A DNA stretch of 64,000 nucleotides from Obrimoposthia wandeli (GCA_977020255.1 CDROCS010002866.1:434001-498000); one strand, 5' to 3'. Positions 41,457 through 54,642 are shown, counted from the first letter of the stretch. Notes: generated from the letters alone by a model not told the origin. Translations and numbers: made by a program.

Positions 41457-42935
41457 CTAGCGCAAGACAACGTCAAAATGTTCAGGACCATAATGAGAAT
41501 CCGCCGAAAACTGGATAGCCTTACTGATAAATGTTTCCAATTCAGCTAGATGATGCGATGCTTCATCAGTCACATATTCAACCACAACTGCAGAGGCTAA
41601 CACCAGATAAGAATCTGTATCATAAGCACGGTGCTGGCGTAATATTTCTCTAAAAATTTCATAGCAAACGGTTTCCGGAGTTTTAATAAAACCTCGGCTT
41701 TCACACTGAGAACATGGCTCGCAAAGAATATGCTCAAGACTTTCTCTGGTTCTTTTTCGGGTCATTTCAACTAACCCTAATTGCGAGACTCCCATAACTT
41801 TACATTTAGCATGGTCTTTTTCCAACACTCTCTCTAAAGCTCTTAAAACTTGTCGCTGATGATCAAGAGACTCCATATCAATAAAGTCGAGAATAATAAT
41901 CCCTCCTAAATTTCTAAGTCGCAGCTGTCGACCAATTGAAGTCGCTGCTTCAAGATTTGTTTTAAAAATAGTTTCTTCTAAATTGCGATGCCCGACAAAC
42001 CCACCGGTATTAACATCTACCGTCGTCATCGCCTCTGTTTGATCTATAATCAAATAGCCTCCTGACTTTAGATCAATCTTTCTACCAAGGGCACGCTGCA
42101 TTTCCTCTTCAACATTATACAAATCAAAGATCGGGCGCTCACCTGGATAGTACTCAAGTCGATCAATTAGTTCAGGTACTAGAGCACGCGTAAAGTCTTG
42201 CGCTTTATTATAGGTCTCTCTTGAATCTATACGAATACGCTCTATGCCAACATGAGCCATATCTCTTAATGCTCTCATATTAAGTGGCATATCTTCATAA
42301 ACAACTTTCGGTGCTGATACCCTTTTAATCTCTTTTTCGATACTTACCCATAAGCGCTTCAAAAAACGAATATCAGACTTCAGCTCTATTTCACTTGCAC
42401 CTTCCGCGACAGTCCGCAGTATATAACCGCCTTTTTCAACGTCATCCTCACCCAGTGTATTGATAAGCGTAGTGCGAAGCCTTTCGCGTTCAACTGGATC
42501 TTCTATTCGCTGGGAAATTCCCACATGAGTACTATTGTGCATATAAACTAAATAGCGTGAAGGAATAGAAATATGAGTGGTGAGCCTAGCACCTTTTGTT
42601 CCTAATGGATCTTTTGTTACTTGCACAAGCAACGTCTGACCTTCACGCAATATATGCGCAATCGAGCTCCTATTTTTTTCATCAACACTAGGATTGGTGC
42701 ATATCACCTCGTCTACATGAATAAAAGCTGCTTTTTCTAATCCTATTTCAACAAACGCCGCTTGCATCCCAGGTAAAACTCTAACAACTTTGCCTTTATA
42801 AATGTTTCCAACGATGCCTCTTTTACTAGTGCGCTCAACATATATTTCTTGAGGCATACCATTTTCTATAATAGCGACGCGCGTTTCCATCGGAGTAAAG
42901 TTTATCAGTATCTCTTCACCAATTGTTGTTGCCAC
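41457..42935 (-). CDS. rng: Ribonuclease G
   Basis: GNIYKGKVVRVLPGMQAAFV, EAMTTVDVNTG, RLRNLGGIIILDFIDM. Confidence 0.96.
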   Translation of the reverse strand: MATTIGEEILINFTPMETRVAIIENGMPQEIYVERTSKRGIVGNIYKGKVVRVLPGMQAAFVEIGLEKAAFIHVDEVICTNPSVDEKNRSSIAHILREGQTLLVQVTKDPLGTKGARLTTHISIPSRYLVYMHNSTHVGISQRIEDPVERERLRTTLINTLGEDDVEKGGYILRTVAEGASEIELKSDIRFLKRLWVSIEKEIKRVSAPKVVYEDMPLNMRALRDMAHVGIERIRIDSRETYNKAQDFTRALVPELIDRLEYYPGERPIFDLYNVEEEMQRALGRKIDLKSGGYLIIDQTEAMTTVDVNTGGFVGHRNLEETIFKTNLEAATSIGRQLRLRNLGGIIILDFIDMESLDHQRQVLRALERVLEKDHAKCKVMGVSQLGLVEMTRKRTRESLEHILCEPCSQCESRGFIKTPETVCYEIFREILRQHRAYDTDSYLVLASAVVVEYVTDEASHHLAELETFISKAIQFSADSHYGPEHFDVVLR

Positions 42936-43044
42936 AACTACATCCTTTTAAGATAATTCCGCTTCAACTGAATCCTGTATCAGTAAATGGATCAGTACAT
43001 TATGTAATATTTAAAACATAAAGTTAGCGATTATATTTATAAAT

Positions 43045-43064
43045 TAGCCAGACTAATCTGGCTA
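43045..43064. terminator. Hairpin after maf
   Basis: TAGCCAGA-CTAA-TCTGGCTA. Confidence 0.5.
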
Positions 43065-43068
43065 CAAA

Positions 43069-43647
43069 TTAAAATTTCCAGAAATCTATTTCAAATGCCG
43101 ACAGCAGTTCTGCTGTTTCAGCAACAGGCAGCCCCACAACAGCTGAAAAACTACCATTTATCTGCCTAACAAAACGCCCACCAATTCCTTGAATAGCGTA
43201 GCTGCCAGCTTTATCTTGTGGCTCACTGGTTTGCCAATACGCGTTGCAAATTTGCTCGTCAAGATGGCAAAACTCCACTTCCGTAGACACTAAAGTTTGC
43301 CTGATATTGTCTTTACTAATCACAGCAACAGCTGTTAGTACCTGGTGCCAACGTCCAGATAAAGAAAGTAACATTTGTAATGCATCTGCTTGTGACTCAG
43401 GTTTACCCAAAATTTTATGATCTATAACTACACAAGTATCAGCACCTAATACAACACTATGCTCGTTAACAGACAATACCTTTTGTGCTTTTTGTAGCGC
43501 TAAGCGACTTACATAATTCGCTGGTTGCTCATTTTTTAAAACAGCTTCATCAATATCTGCACTTACGACACAAAAGCTCACCCCTAAATCAGTTAACAAT
43601 TGCTTTCTACGAGGAGATGCAGATGCAAGAATTAAGTTATTTTGCAT
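43069..43647 (-). CDS. maf: Maf family nucleoside triphosphate pyrophosphatase (YhdE type)
   Basis: LILASASPRRKQLL, VLGADTCV, DKAGSYAIQG. Confidence 0.94.
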   Translation of the reverse strand: MQNNLILASASPRRKQLLTDLGVSFCVVSADIDEAVLKNEQPANYVSRLALQKAQKVLSVNEHSVVLGADTCVVIDHKILGKPESQADALQMLLSLSGRWHQVLTAVAVISKDNIRQTLVSTEVEFCHLDEQICNAYWQTSEPQDKAGSYAIQGIGGRFVRQINGSFSAVVGLPVAETAELLSAFEIDFWKF

Positions 43648-43701
43648 ATTTAACTCCTTATTTTAAGATTTTCTAAGATCGCATATAATTGTTATATATA
43701 A

Positions 43702-44190
43702 TTACGATATTTTAAAAGTTCGCCTAATGCTGCGCAACATGACAAATGTCCAAGGCCATAATAAAGCACTAATCAACGCCGGCGTTAAAAACTGTAAACT
43801 ACCCGCCGTTGTTCCTGCTAGTGCTTGAAACCAATAGAATATAAACTGATTAACAACTATTAATAAAAACACCACGAAAGCCTGCTGCCAAAGCGGATAC
43901 ATACGCATGCGCTTATGCATTAACAGCGTACTAAAGGCAATGATTGTTAATGCAAGCGCGTTGATACCCAGCACAGATCCTTTTAAAACATCCAGCATAA
44001 ACCCCATAATCCATGCGGACCCCACACCAAAGCGCTGCGGCAATGCCAAAATCCAATAAATAACAAATAGGGCGACGAACTCTGGCCGCCACCACTCCAA
44101 AATTGTCGGTAAGGGTATTTGCGAAAGCATCAAAGCAACAATAAAAGTACCAAAGATTATTAATAATCCACCTGGGCTATGCTTACTCAT
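43702..44190 (-). CDS. mreD: Rod shape-determining protein MreD
   Basis: RPEFVAL..IYW, GFMLDVL.G..LG; follows mreC. Confidence 0.93.
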   Translation of the reverse strand: MSKHSPGGLLIIFGTFIVALMLSQIPLPTILEWWRPEFVALFVIYWILALPQRFGVGSAWIMGFMLDVLKGSVLGINALALTIIAFSTLLMHKRMRMYPLWQQAFVVFLLIVVNQFIFYWFQALAGTTAGSLQFLTPALISALLWPWTFVMLRSIRRTFKIS

Positions 44191-44196
44191 ATGTAA

Positions 44197-45087
44197 TCAC
44201 TCATCAGGATTTCTTACCGCTTGACCATCTACTATCTCACCCGCTAAAGCGCGGCTCTTTGGATTATTAGCTGGATTCTCTCCCACCATCAGCACATAGC
44301 GGCTGTTATTGAGCCTAGCTAAAGGCTTTGCTTTAACAATCATAAATTTTCGACTAGGATCGCGCTCTACAAAAACCACCTTAGCCAATGGATAGCCGTA
44401 GGGAAATCTACCACCTAATGCTGATGTAACAAGTAAGTCACCCACTCTAATATCTGCATTATCTGGAATATGAGTAACATCCAACTCACCGTGATTGCCT
44501 TTACCCAGAGCAATAGCACGCATTCCATTTCGTACTACTTCAATCGGCAGTGCATGACGCCCATCCGTCACTAACATCGCTCGATTTGTATAAAGCGAAA
44601 CTTCTACGACTTGCCCCATCACCCCACCAGCATCTAGCACTGGTTGGCCAATATAAACTCCGTCTTCAGTGCCTTTATCTAGGATAACTTGGTGCTGGAA
44701 AGGATCCGGGTTTACCCCGATAAGCTCTGCCAGCAATACTTTATCGTCCACAGCAGCACTGGCATTTAACAATTCACGCAAGCGAATATTTTCAGCACGT
44801 AGCACCATCATCTGCTGTACTTTCCGCTCTAATATAATAGAACTGGATCTAAGCTGATTATTATCTTTAACTAAAGCTGCACGCTCTACCAAAACCACTG
44901 AAATATCATCGGCAAGGCTAGATGGAATATCGACAAGCCACTGGACGGGGGTTAATACAACCGAAATCACTGAGCGTAATGTACGTAGGGAATTGCCCTG
45001 TAAATCTGTAACCAGAATTCCCAGAGCAATTAAGATAAGCAATATAAAGCTGAAGCGCGGTAGACCGCCTCTGAAGATAGGTTTCAA
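44197..45087 (-). CDS. mreC: Rod shape-determining protein MreC
   Basis: N-terminal TM, LRAENIRLRELL, LDKGTEDGV, TSALGGRFP. Confidence 0.94.
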   Translation of the reverse strand: MKPIFRGGLPRFSFILLILIALGILVTDLQGNSLRTLRSVISVVLTPVQWLVDIPSSLADDISVVLVERAALVKDNNQLRSSSIILERKVQQMMVLRAENIRLRELLNASAAVDDKVLLAELIGVNPDPFQHQVILDKGTEDGVYIGQPVLDAGGVMGQVVEVSLYTNRAMLVTDGRHALPIEVVRNGMRAIALGKGNHGELDVTHIPDNADIRVGDLLVTSALGGRFPYGYPLAKVVFVERDPSRKFMIVKAKPLARLNNSRYVLMVGENPANNPKSRALAGEIVDGQAVRNPDE

Positions 45088-45190
45088 TTTAACTTCCCTG
45101 TATACGGGAAGTTAGGAATTGATTTTTTAACAATTTACTAAACAGGTATAACACTTAAACACCTATAACCTTTGGCTTAAAACTGGAAAT

Positions 45191-46270
<1,080 letters not shown>

Positions 46271-46471
46271 TTAAAAACAGCCAACTTTAACAACGCAACG
46301 CAATTAGAGCAAGAAACAATTAGTGTATTGTGCATTTCTTTGCTAAATTTAGCGTTTTATTTGCATACACGAACTTGGATAGCATCGCGCACCTTCAGAC
46401 GGACGCAACCCAGTGCAATTGATATTTGTGGCATTGCTCACTCGCAAGTTTAATTAACAGAGAATTTACAC

Positions 46472-46759
46472 ATGGCACTAGACAAATCCGATGTCGAAAA
46501 GATCGCACATTTAGCGCGAATCAACATCGAAGAGCAAGATATTCCAGAATACCTAAGCAATTTAACTAGCATTCTTGATTTAGTTGATCAAATGCAAGCT
46601 ATTGACACGCAAAATATTGAACCACTATCACATCCCTTAGATGCCGTTCAACGGTTGCGTGCAGATGACATTAGCGAACGCAATCAGCGCGAATTACTGC
46701 AAACTGTAGCCCCTGCCGTCGAAGACGGACTATTTCTAGTACCCAAAGTTATTGATTAA
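46472..46759 (+). CDS. gatC: Asp/Glu-tRNA amidotransferase subunit C
   Basis: [19 protein letters not shown]. Confidence 0.95.
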   Translation: MALDKSDVEKIAHLARINIEEQDIPEYLSNLTSILDLVDQMQAIDTQNIEPLSHPLDAVQRLRADDISERNQRELLQTVAPAVEDGLFLVPKVID

Positions 46760-46780
46760 TCGCCAGTAGGATTTTAAAAA

Positions 46781-48232
46781 ATGTTTAGTAAAACCATTGC
46801 CCAACTTTCTAGTGGGTTAAAAAAAGGTGAATTCAGTAGCAGTGAAATCACTCGCGATTATCTTGATCGCATTAAAGCCCATGATGGAAAATACAATAGC
46901 TATATTACCGTCACCGAAGAGCAAGCCTTGTCACAAGCCAAAGATGCCGATGCTGTAATCGCCTCTGGAAATGCTGTCGCTATGACTGGCATCCCCATTG
47001 CACATAAAGATATCTTTTGCACTAAAGGTGTTCGCACTAGCGCTGGCTCGAAAATGCTAGATAACTTCATATCCCCCTATGACGCCACTATTATTGAAAA
47101 ATTCAATGCAGCCAATACTGTTAGCTTAGGCAAAACAAACATGGACGAGTTTGCTATGGGCTCATCCAATGAAAATAGCTTTTACGGAGCGGCGATCAAT
47201 CCTTGGGGCCAAAATCGCGTCCCTGGTGGATCATCAGGCGGCTCAGCCGCTGCAGTAGCTGCACGTTTGGCACCCGCTGCAACAGGTACCGATACTGGCG
47301 GCTCTATACGCCAACCTTGTGCTTTAAATAACTTAACCGGTATAAAGCCAACTTATGGCCGTGTATCTCGTTTTGGCATGATCGCTTTTGCCTCTTCTTT
47401 AGATCAAGCCGGCCCTATTGCAAAGACAGCAGAAGATGCTGCCTTAATGCTCAATGTAATGGCAGGGTTTGATCCAAAAGACTCTACCAGCGCGCAGCAA
47501 CCTGTCGCTGATTTTACTGCAAGTTTAAACCAACCTTTAAAAGGCTTAAAGATTGGCCTACCTAAAGAATTTTTTAGCGCGGATCTAAACCCAGATATTG
47601 CCACCAAAGTACAAGCGGCTCTTAAAGAATACCAAGCACTAGGTGCAGAGCTTAAAACCATTAGTCTGCCTAATACTGCACTTTCAATTCCTGCGTATTA
47701 CATAATCGCCCCAGCTGAAGCTTCGTCTAACTTATCGCGTTTTGATGGCGTTAAATTCGGTTACCGTTGTGAGGGAGCAAAAGATATTGAGGACCTTTAC
47801 AAGCGAACCCGCGGTGAAGGGTTTGGTAAAGAAGTGAAGCGTAGAATATTAGTGGGCACTTACGCGCTTTCTGAAGGGTTTTACGATGCATACTACAAAA
47901 AAGCTCAGCAGATCAGACGCTTAATTCAGCAAGATTTTATCAGCGCACTCGAAGAAGTTGATGTCATCATGGGGCCTACCACTCCGCAGCCCGCCTTTAA
48001 AATTGGTGAGAAAACCGCGGATCCTATAGAAATGTACATGGAAGATATCTATACGCTATCGTTAAATTTAGCAGGATTACCAGGCATGTCTATTCCCTGT
48101 GGACAAATAGATGGCTTACCGGTAGGACTACAAATTATCGGCAACTACTTTGCGGAAGAGCGCCTATTAAATGTCGCCCACATGTTCCAGCAAGCCACCG
48201 ATTGGCACAACAATTCAGCCCCTGGCTTATAA
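46781..48232 (+). CDS. gatA: Asp/Glu-tRNA amidotransferase subunit A
   Basis: Amidase signature [22 protein letters not shown]. Confidence 0.97.
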   Translation: MFSKTIAQLSSGLKKGEFSSSEITRDYLDRIKAHDGKYNSYITVTEEQALSQAKDADAVIASGNAVAMTGIPIAHKDIFCTKGVRTSAGSKMLDNFISPYDATIIEKFNAANTVSLGKTNMDEFAMGSSNENSFYGAAINPWGQNRVPGGSSGGSAAAVAARLAPAATGTDTGGSIRQPCALNNLTGIKPTYGRVSRFGMIAFASSLDQAGPIAKTAEDAALMLNVMAGFDPKDSTSAQQPVADFTASLNQPLKGLKIGLPKEFFSADLNPDIATKVQAALKEYQALGAELKTISLPNTALSIPAYYIIAPAEASSNLSRFDGVKFGYRCEGAKDIEDLYKRTRGEGFGKEVKRRILVGTYALSEGFYDAYYKKAQQIRRLIQQDFISALEEVDVIMGPTTPQPAFKIGEKTADPIEMYMEDIYTLSLNLAGLPGMSIPCGQIDGLPVGLQIIGNYFAEERLLNVAHMFQQATDWHNNSAPGL

Positions 48233-48242
48233 GGAGAACAGT

Positions 48243-49697
48243 ATGGAATGGGAAGCTGTTATCGGGCTTGAAATACACGCCCAACTTGCAACCAAAACAA
48301 AAATTTTTTCTGGTGCTAGCACTGCCTTCGGCGCTGAACCAAACACTCAGGCATGCGCCATTGATTTAGCATTACCTGGAACCCTGCCGGTTTTTAATAA
48401 AAAAGCATTAGAAATGGCTGTAATGTTCGGCACTGCTATCAATGCTGATATCGGCAAAACATCTGTTTTTGATCGCAAAAACTATTTCTACCCAGATTCG
48501 CCTAAAGGCTATCAAACCAGCCAACTATTTTATCCTATAGTAGGTTTTGGTGAGCTTGAAATTAATTTGCAAGATGGGAGCACTAAGGTAATTGGTGTCA
48601 CTCGTGCACATCTAGAAGAAGATGCAGGCAAGTCACTACATGAAAAATTCGCCAATATGTCAGGTATTGATTTAAACCGCGCGGGAACACCGTTACTCGA
48701 AATCGTTTCCGAACCGGACATGCGCAGCGCAGAAGAAGCCGTTGCTTACGCTAAAAAGATTCATGCCATTGTTACCAGCATCGGCATTTGTGATGGCAAC
48801 ATGGCAGAGGGCTCATTTCGAGTTGATTGCAATGTATCCGTGCGCCACAAAGGCGCTGAACAACTTGGGAATCGCACCGAAACTAAGAACATTAACTCTT
48901 TTAGATTTATCGAAAAAGCGATTAAGGGTGAAATCATTCGTCAAATCGAGACATTAGAAGATGGCGGTCACATTACACAAGAAACCCGCCTTTACGATGC
49001 CGATAACGACACAACACGCACTATGCGCAGCAAAGAAGAAGCCAACGATTACCGCTACTTCCCCTGCCCAGACTTGCTACCTATTGTGATCGAAGATGAT
49101 TATATTGAAGCCATTCGCAATGCTCTCCCAGAACTACCTGATGCCCGTAATCAGCGTTTTGTTAAGCAATACGCACTTAGCGAAAAGGACGCCAACACTT
49201 TAAGTGGTAACAAAGCACAGGCTGACTTCTTTGAAAACCTAACTGAGCTCAGCAAAGACGCAAAACTCTCTGCAAACTGGCTGCTAGGCGAAGTTGCTAA
49301 AACATTAAACCAAACGGATTCGAGCATCGAAGAATCCCCTGTTAGCGCTACACAACTCGCCGAACTACTCATCCGCATAAAAGACAATACCGTTGGCACT
49401 AATGGCGCGAAGCAAGTATTTGAAGCGATGTGGAACAATGAAGGCAGCGCTGATCAGGTCATAGCTGAAAAAGGCTTAAAGCAGGTCACTGATACAGGCT
49501 CGATTGAAAAAATAGTACGCGAAGTTGTCGCTAAAAATGATAAACAGGTTCAACAGTACGTTACAGCCGAACCTGATAAACGTGGAAAAATGCTAGGATT
49601 CTTCATGGGTCAAATTATGAAAGCTTCTGCAGGAAAAGCAAATCCCGGGCAAGTTCAAAGCTTACTCAAACCCATACTAGACGAACTTTGCGACTAG
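48243..49697 (+). CDS. gatB: Asp/Glu-tRNA amidotransferase subunit B
   Basis: [45 protein letters not shown] 48243 with an AAGGAG RBS. Confidence 0.97.
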   Translation: MEWEAVIGLEIHAQLATKTKIFSGASTAFGAEPNTQACAIDLALPGTLPVFNKKALEMAVMFGTAINADIGKTSVFDRKNYFYPDSPKGYQTSQLFYPIVGFGELEINLQDGSTKVIGVTRAHLEEDAGKSLHEKFANMSGIDLNRAGTPLLEIVSEPDMRSAEEAVAYAKKIHAIVTSIGICDGNMAEGSFRVDCNVSVRHKGAEQLGNRTETKNINSFRFIEKAIKGEIIRQIETLEDGGHITQETRLYDADNDTTRTMRSKEEANDYRYFPCPDLLPIVIEDDYIEAIRNALPELPDARNQRFVKQYALSEKDANTLSGNKAQADFFENLTELSKDAKLSANWLLGEVAKTLNQTDSSIEESPVSATQLAELLIRIKDNTVGTNGAKQVFEAMWNNEGSADQVIAEKGLKQVTDTGSIEKIVREVVAKNDKQVQQYVTAEPDKRGKMLGFFMGQIMKASAGKANPGQVQSLLKPILDELCD

Positions 49698-49707
49698 TAT
49701 AGACCGA

Positions 49708-49740
49708 GATCTTTGCACAACAATAATACGTGCAAAGATC
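49708..49740. terminator. Hairpin between convergent gatB and plsB
   Basis: GATCTTTGCAC-11 nt-GTGCAAAGATC perfect 11-bp stem. Confidence 0.65.
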
Positions 49741-49893
49741 CCACTTTTAAATAAGACAACGCCCATGAGGAACAGCATTATTACAAAATGAAAAGGATTA
49801 GACTGACTAGATTTCATAGCTTGAAGAAAAAATTAAACACTCAATCTAGAGACCTAAAAGAGCAGTCAAAATAAATCGCTTGCTAAATATCAA

Positions 49894-52185
49894 TCAGTGC
49901 TTACGGATATTATTATCAATCAACAATACATAGTGAGGTAATAGAATTTGCTTTGATCTATTCATTAGGCCACTTGCATTAACTTTTGCATAAACCACCT
50001 TGTCATCAGTCACATCTAAAACTTGCTGTTCTTGCATTGCTTTAACAAAACTAGCTATTCCTTTAGAGTCAGTATATTCAGGCGAGTTAAAACCAAATTC
50101 TAAATGCAGTAGTTTCGCCAATCGAATAGTTTCCTCAATTAAGTCTTTTATCGAAAGATCCTTATATTCATCCAATAACCTAAAGACAATATAGTAACGT
50201 AACAAATAAGGTTCCACTGTTTGCATTAGCGTTACCGATAATGCAGTATTTCTAACCTGCAAGCATTTATCATGCTCAATTAACAACTGCTGATCAATCA
50301 ACAGCTCTCTAATTTGCTTTAGCGCTTTATTAACTTCAATCCCTTGCCATTGCCAATATAACTCTTTTGCTAAATAAGGATATACAGCTTTGATAAGTTT
50401 TGGCACTGTTTGCACTAATGGTTTTGGGTATCTTTTAGCGACAAGCAAAAACAACCCCACCAGCAGTGTTATGTGATGAATCTGATTTCGGTAGAAAGTC
50501 ATTTCACAAGCCTGCTCTGTCGTGAGGAATACATCTGTACCACTCACTGACAATTGCGATCTAGCTTGAGCATCATTAATCCACTCATCGACACTACCCA
50601 TCGCAATACCTTTCGGTGCATTGGGCATTTTAACCAATACTGATGAAAGCAAATTAACCCTCTCTATCAACTGCACTCTAGTTAAATGCAATCTTGGTTG
50701 AGACAACAACACTGTTGCCAGTAAGGCACTTTCATTAACGTAACATGCATTGTTTATGCCTTGCATTACCTGGTCGGCCAAAAAACTACTTTTTGCTTTT
50801 AAATTTTCATATTTAGAAACTTTATTATCCAACAAAATAGGATCTGCATAGCTCACCACTGCATCGCCAAACTTTCCTTTGAATACTTTTAAACTGTTCA
50901 GAAAACCAAATAATGATTCTGGTACTTTGTCTTCACTCGACAGCTGCTGCGAATAGCTCTTTGATTCCACTAGCTTATCGTAACTTACCCACACAGGCAC
51001 CAACGCTATAGGCTTAATACCATTTTGCAAAGAAGCTTCCAGTGTCATTGACAACACACCAGTTTTAGCCGGTAATAGACGCCCTGTACGTGAGCGCCCC
51101 CCTTCAATGAAGTACTCCAAAGCATGGCCGTTTTTATGCAATTGCTTTATATAACTCTTAAATAATAAACCATAAAGAGGATCTTCATAAAAAGAGCGTC
51201 GCATAAACACTGCACCACCTAACTTTAATCCACTACCCAGCACTGGGGCATTCAAGTTATCCCCAGCAACAATATGCGGAATAACTAAACCTTGGTTATG
51301 CAAGCTCCAAGATATCAATACATAATCCATATGACTACGGTGGCAAGGCAAAAAGACCAACTGGTGATCTTTTGCAAGCTGCCTAATTTTGTGAATCCCT
51401 TGGATCTTTACTTGTCGATATATGCGCTGAAAAAACCAACTGGCAATACTGCTAGAAAGACGTACAAAACTAGGACTTAAGTTGGTTGCTATTGCACTCA
51501 ACTGCTGTTTTGCATATTTCTCAGCTTGCTTAACATCAATCTGATTATGCAGTGAATAAGTGTGTATTTGTCGCTGAACATCTGGCTGGCTAATAATTTT
51601 TAGTATTAGATGCTTACGGTTAGAAAGATTAGGACCAAAAATAGCGACACGTCTTTGCTTAAAGTGCTCACGAAGAACATTGACTATTTTTAATGCACCA
51701 GCACCCGCAGGCTGATCGCCACCTTCAGTAATTAGTTCTTTAAGCGAAAACGGACTATCTAGCTGTAATAACGTGCGCCGACCATTAATAATTAACTGGA
51801 TTAACCTACACCACCAACCTTTGGTGCCCCATCGTTCTGAAAACGCTACGCGCCACCATGAAGATTCTCTGTTCGGAAGATGACCATGTAATATTGTAAC
51901 TGGCACAATTTTTATATCACACCCTGGCTCACTGAACTCCAATTTTTCGACTAGAGACTCTAGCCGGTAATTTAAAGCTCTAACTGATTTTTCATCCGAA
52001 GATAACAGACAGCGATCCGCTACTTTGTTACCTTGCTTTTCAAGGGATAGCTTTAGTAAAGCTAAGTGCTCTGAACGCGAACTCTCCAGTACATAAATAG
52101 CATCTGCATCAATACGTAAGTGTTCGTCACCTATAATCTTTGCACTGACAAACAACTTATTGAGAAGCTTCCCTATAAAATTCAT
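49894..52185 (-). CDS. plsB: Glycerol-3-phosphate 1-O-acyltransferase
   Basis: PCHRSHMDY (HxxxxD), YFIEGGRSRTGRLL. Confidence 0.88.
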   Translation of the reverse strand: MNFIGKLLNKLFVSAKIIGDEHLRIDADAIYVLESSRSEHLALLKLSLEKQGNKVADRCLLSSDEKSVRALNYRLESLVEKLEFSEPGCDIKIVPVTILHGHLPNRESSWWRVAFSERWGTKGWWCRLIQLIINGRRTLLQLDSPFSLKELITEGGDQPAGAGALKIVNVLREHFKQRRVAIFGPNLSNRKHLILKIISQPDVQRQIHTYSLHNQIDVKQAEKYAKQQLSAIATNLSPSFVRLSSSIASWFFQRIYRQVKIQGIHKIRQLAKDHQLVFLPCHRSHMDYVLISWSLHNQGLVIPHIVAGDNLNAPVLGSGLKLGGAVFMRRSFYEDPLYGLLFKSYIKQLHKNGHALEYFIEGGRSRTGRLLPAKTGVLSMTLEASLQNGIKPIALVPVWVSYDKLVESKSYSQQLSSEDKVPESLFGFLNSLKVFKGKFGDAVVSYADPILLDNKVSKYENLKAKSSFLADQVMQGINNACYVNESALLATVLLSQPRLHLTRVQLIERVNLLSSVLVKMPNAPKGIAMGSVDEWINDAQARSQLSVSGTDVFLTTEQACEMTFYRNQIHHITLLVGLFLLVAKRYPKPLVQTVPKLIKAVYPYLAKELYWQWQGIEVNKALKQIRELLIDQQLLIEHDKCLQVRNTALSVTLMQTVEPYLLRYYIVFRLLDEYKDLSIKDLIEETIRLAKLLHLEFGFNSPEYTDSKGIASFVKAMQEQQVLDVTDDKVVYAKVNASGLMNRSKQILLPHYVLLIDNNIRKH

Positions 52186-52266
52186 AAAAACTCATACCTA
52201 AATAATCAGAAACACACTACCAACCAATCAAAAACTAAATAAACGTCAAGTTTAAAAAACGTTGTT

Positions 52267-52470
52267 TTAATAGTGTGGCGGCGGTACATCAACACTTTCA
52301 AACAGACCCTCGCTAGACTCAGTTTGATTAACTTTTTGATGCAGCATTTCCACCACACGCGATAGATCAATTAGCATTTTATCTTGCTTAGCTACCACAT
52401 CATTTAACTGATCTATTAATTGCTCTTGAAAAGCGATTCTAGATTCTAACTCAGTAATCCTATCTTCCAT
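52267..52470 (-). CDS. slyX: SlyX family protein
   Basis: RITELESRIAFQE...PPPHY. Confidence 0.93.
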   Translation of the reverse strand: MEDRITELESRIAFQEQLIDQLNDVVAKQDKMLIDLSRVVEMLHQKVNQTESSEGLFESVDVPPPHY

Positions 52471-52739
52471 TTATACCTCAAAATATTCGCTGCACTTATT
52501 CTTTGAACTAAAAAAGCACGCAAATAAAATTCTTAAAAAACATCTCAGCTATTTTAGCCTCATACCCGTTGATTACCTATAAATTAACACCAAATATCTT
52601 ACTTTTTTCCCCACTAAATTTACGTTTTATGCACAATTATCAACACAGTTTCCTAACCAACTCGAAAAGCACATTCTTTAACTAGAATAGTTAGCCCAGT
52701 TAACAGACTTTACATTGATATAGCGCATACAGATTTCTA

Positions 52740-52755
52740 TGGCAAATCTATTGCA
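52740..52755 (+). promoter_or_regulatory. Possible sigma-54 -24/-12 promoter
   Basis: TGGCAAATCTATTGCA: GG-N10-GC spacing is correct, but the consensus C at -21 is absent. Confidence 0.3.
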
Positions 52756-53056
52756 ATTAAAAACTCACCTCAGCTCACTTTAAACCACCTAAACAATTGT
52801 TTTAAAATATAATATATTATTAAGCTCATTCGTATTATTTAATGATTCAATTACCAGCATTGCTCCATCACTACTACCCAACACAAAACAGGGGGCTTGC
52901 ATTAATAATTTCATTGAATTTCAATACAAAACTGTGTATACCTATCACCTTCCGTTACATTAGCTCAGTCCAATTTTTTGTTTATGTCGGACTGATCTTA
53001 AACGGATTTTTTATGTCATTAATTAATTAATTTTTAACTATATAAGAGAATATTAG

Positions 53057-53518
53057 ATGAGTGGTAATCAAATTTTTCGCAGCGTCATCGCCAGTGCTAT
53101 TGCTGCAGCTTTAATCCCCTTTTTATTAACCAAATTCGCCGGAGTTAACGTTCCATATGAAATCAATATTTTAGTCATCATTTTTGTCGTTACACTTGCT
53201 TGTTGTGCTTTATCCGCTTTTGGAACGAAAGCAGATACTGATTTAAGCACTTCGGCAGAAAGAGAAAATGGTGCCGAATACGACGATGAAGATGAGTTCG
53301 AAGACGATGATAGGGAGCATGGCACCGTCAAATGGTTTAACGTATCTAAAGGGTTTGGCTTTATAACCCGTGAAAACGGAGATGATGTCTTTGTTCATTT
53401 CAGAAACATTCGCGGTAGAGGACATCGTTCATTAAGTGAAGGTCAACAAGTGAAATTTCACACACGTGATAGCGATAAGGGCCTTCAGGCTGAAGATGTG
53501 TCTATTCTAAGAACATAA
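53057..53518 (+). CDS. Membrane-anchored cold-shock-domain protein
   Basis: Two N-terminal TMs, an acidic linker, then a canonical CSD ([21 protein letters not shown]). Confidence 0.88.
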   Translation: MSGNQIFRSVIASAIAAALIPFLLTKFAGVNVPYEINILVIIFVVTLACCALSAFGTKADTDLSTSAERENGAEYDDEDEFEDDDREHGTVKWFNVSKGFGFITRENGDDVFVHFRNIRGRGHRSLSEGQQVKFHTRDSDKGLQAEDVSILRT

Positions 53519-53540
53519 TTTTCACGTTAGGCAGAAAACT

Positions 53541-53576
53541 AAAATGCGCAATGTTTATCATTTGCGCATTTTTTTT
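53541..53576 (+). terminator. Rho-independent terminator
   Basis: AAAATGCGCAA...TTGCGCATTTT followed by more Ts. Confidence 0.8.
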
Positions 53577-53658
53577 GTTTTAAAAGCTAATATCAAAATA
53601 GCAGATTGAGTCATTTATAAACGCGCTGTTATTAGATGCAGCGCCACTTACAGTTTTA

Positions 53659-54507
53659 TCAAAACAAACTTGTTTGAATTTTTTCTTGCTCCCACAAAGA
53701 CAATACTTGAATATCAGACCTGTACTGATTCAACAGCTGGCTAAAATACTTTGCGAACAAAGGCGCTTCAACATTATCTGGAGTATGAAAAAAGAAGTAA
53801 GGCGTTAAGCCATCATCCATCCATTGCGCTGCCTTGAGCACCCATTGCATGATTACTTTTTTGGCTAGAGACCTGTGCATAGGAATAATGATACGTACGA
53901 ATGGGCTTTGCCCAGTAGCTAACACATGAGCAGGTACTTTTGGTTTTACTCTTAGCGCTTCTATGGTGGCAGAATCCGTTAACTGGTTATTTGAAAACAA
54001 ACTTCGCGTATCGAAAATTACTCTATTAATCCTATACTGATGTAATAGCTGATTAAATTGCTGCTCTATCGGATCTTTACGATAAAAATCCAAACTACGT
54101 ACTTCTACCGCATAATTAAAGTCATTTGGTAAATGTTCTAAAAAACGGCGCAATGTTGGCAATTCATTGGCGCCAAAATATTTATCTAGCTGCAGCCAAA
54201 CAATTCCCAATTGATGCTTTATTAACGAGATACGGTTCAGGAAATCTGTTACCTGCTTTGAACAATGGGTAAGACATTGCTGATGTGAAATTTCTTTCGG
54301 AAATTTGAAACAGAACCGAAACTGTTCAGGTACTGTTTCACTCCAGTTGCGCAAATTACTTTCGCTGGGTAATCCGTAAAAAGAAGTATTTCCCTCTACA
54401 GAGGAAAAACAACTAGAATACTGCTGTAAAGACTGATTAGATGACGATTTAAAAGGATACCATTTGTTATGATGCCATTGCGCTAAGCCTAAATAAACTT
54501 TTGTCAT
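53659..54507 (-). CDS. DUF72 (YecE-like) protein
   Basis: SVEGNTSFYGLP, FCFKFPKEISH, YFFFHTPDN. Confidence 0.88.
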   Translation of the reverse strand: MTKVYLGLAQWHHNKWYPFKSSSNQSLQQYSSCFSSVEGNTSFYGLPSESNLRNWSETVPEQFRFCFKFPKEISHQQCLTHCSKQVTDFLNRISLIKHQLGIVWLQLDKYFGANELPTLRRFLEHLPNDFNYAVEVRSLDFYRKDPIEQQFNQLLHQYRINRVIFDTRSLFSNNQLTDSATIEALRVKPKVPAHVLATGQSPFVRIIIPMHRSLAKKVIMQWVLKAAQWMDDGLTPYFFFHTPDNVEAPLFAKYFSQLLNQYRSDIQVLSLWEQEKIQTSLF

Positions 54508-54642
54508 AAATACAACTTAACAATCCATTTAATTTAAATTAATAATAACCTATTAATTTAATAACTAACTAATATACATTTACACTATTTAAATAAAATA
54601 TTTGAAATTACTCCAACAACGATAATAAGGTATTTTTATAAA

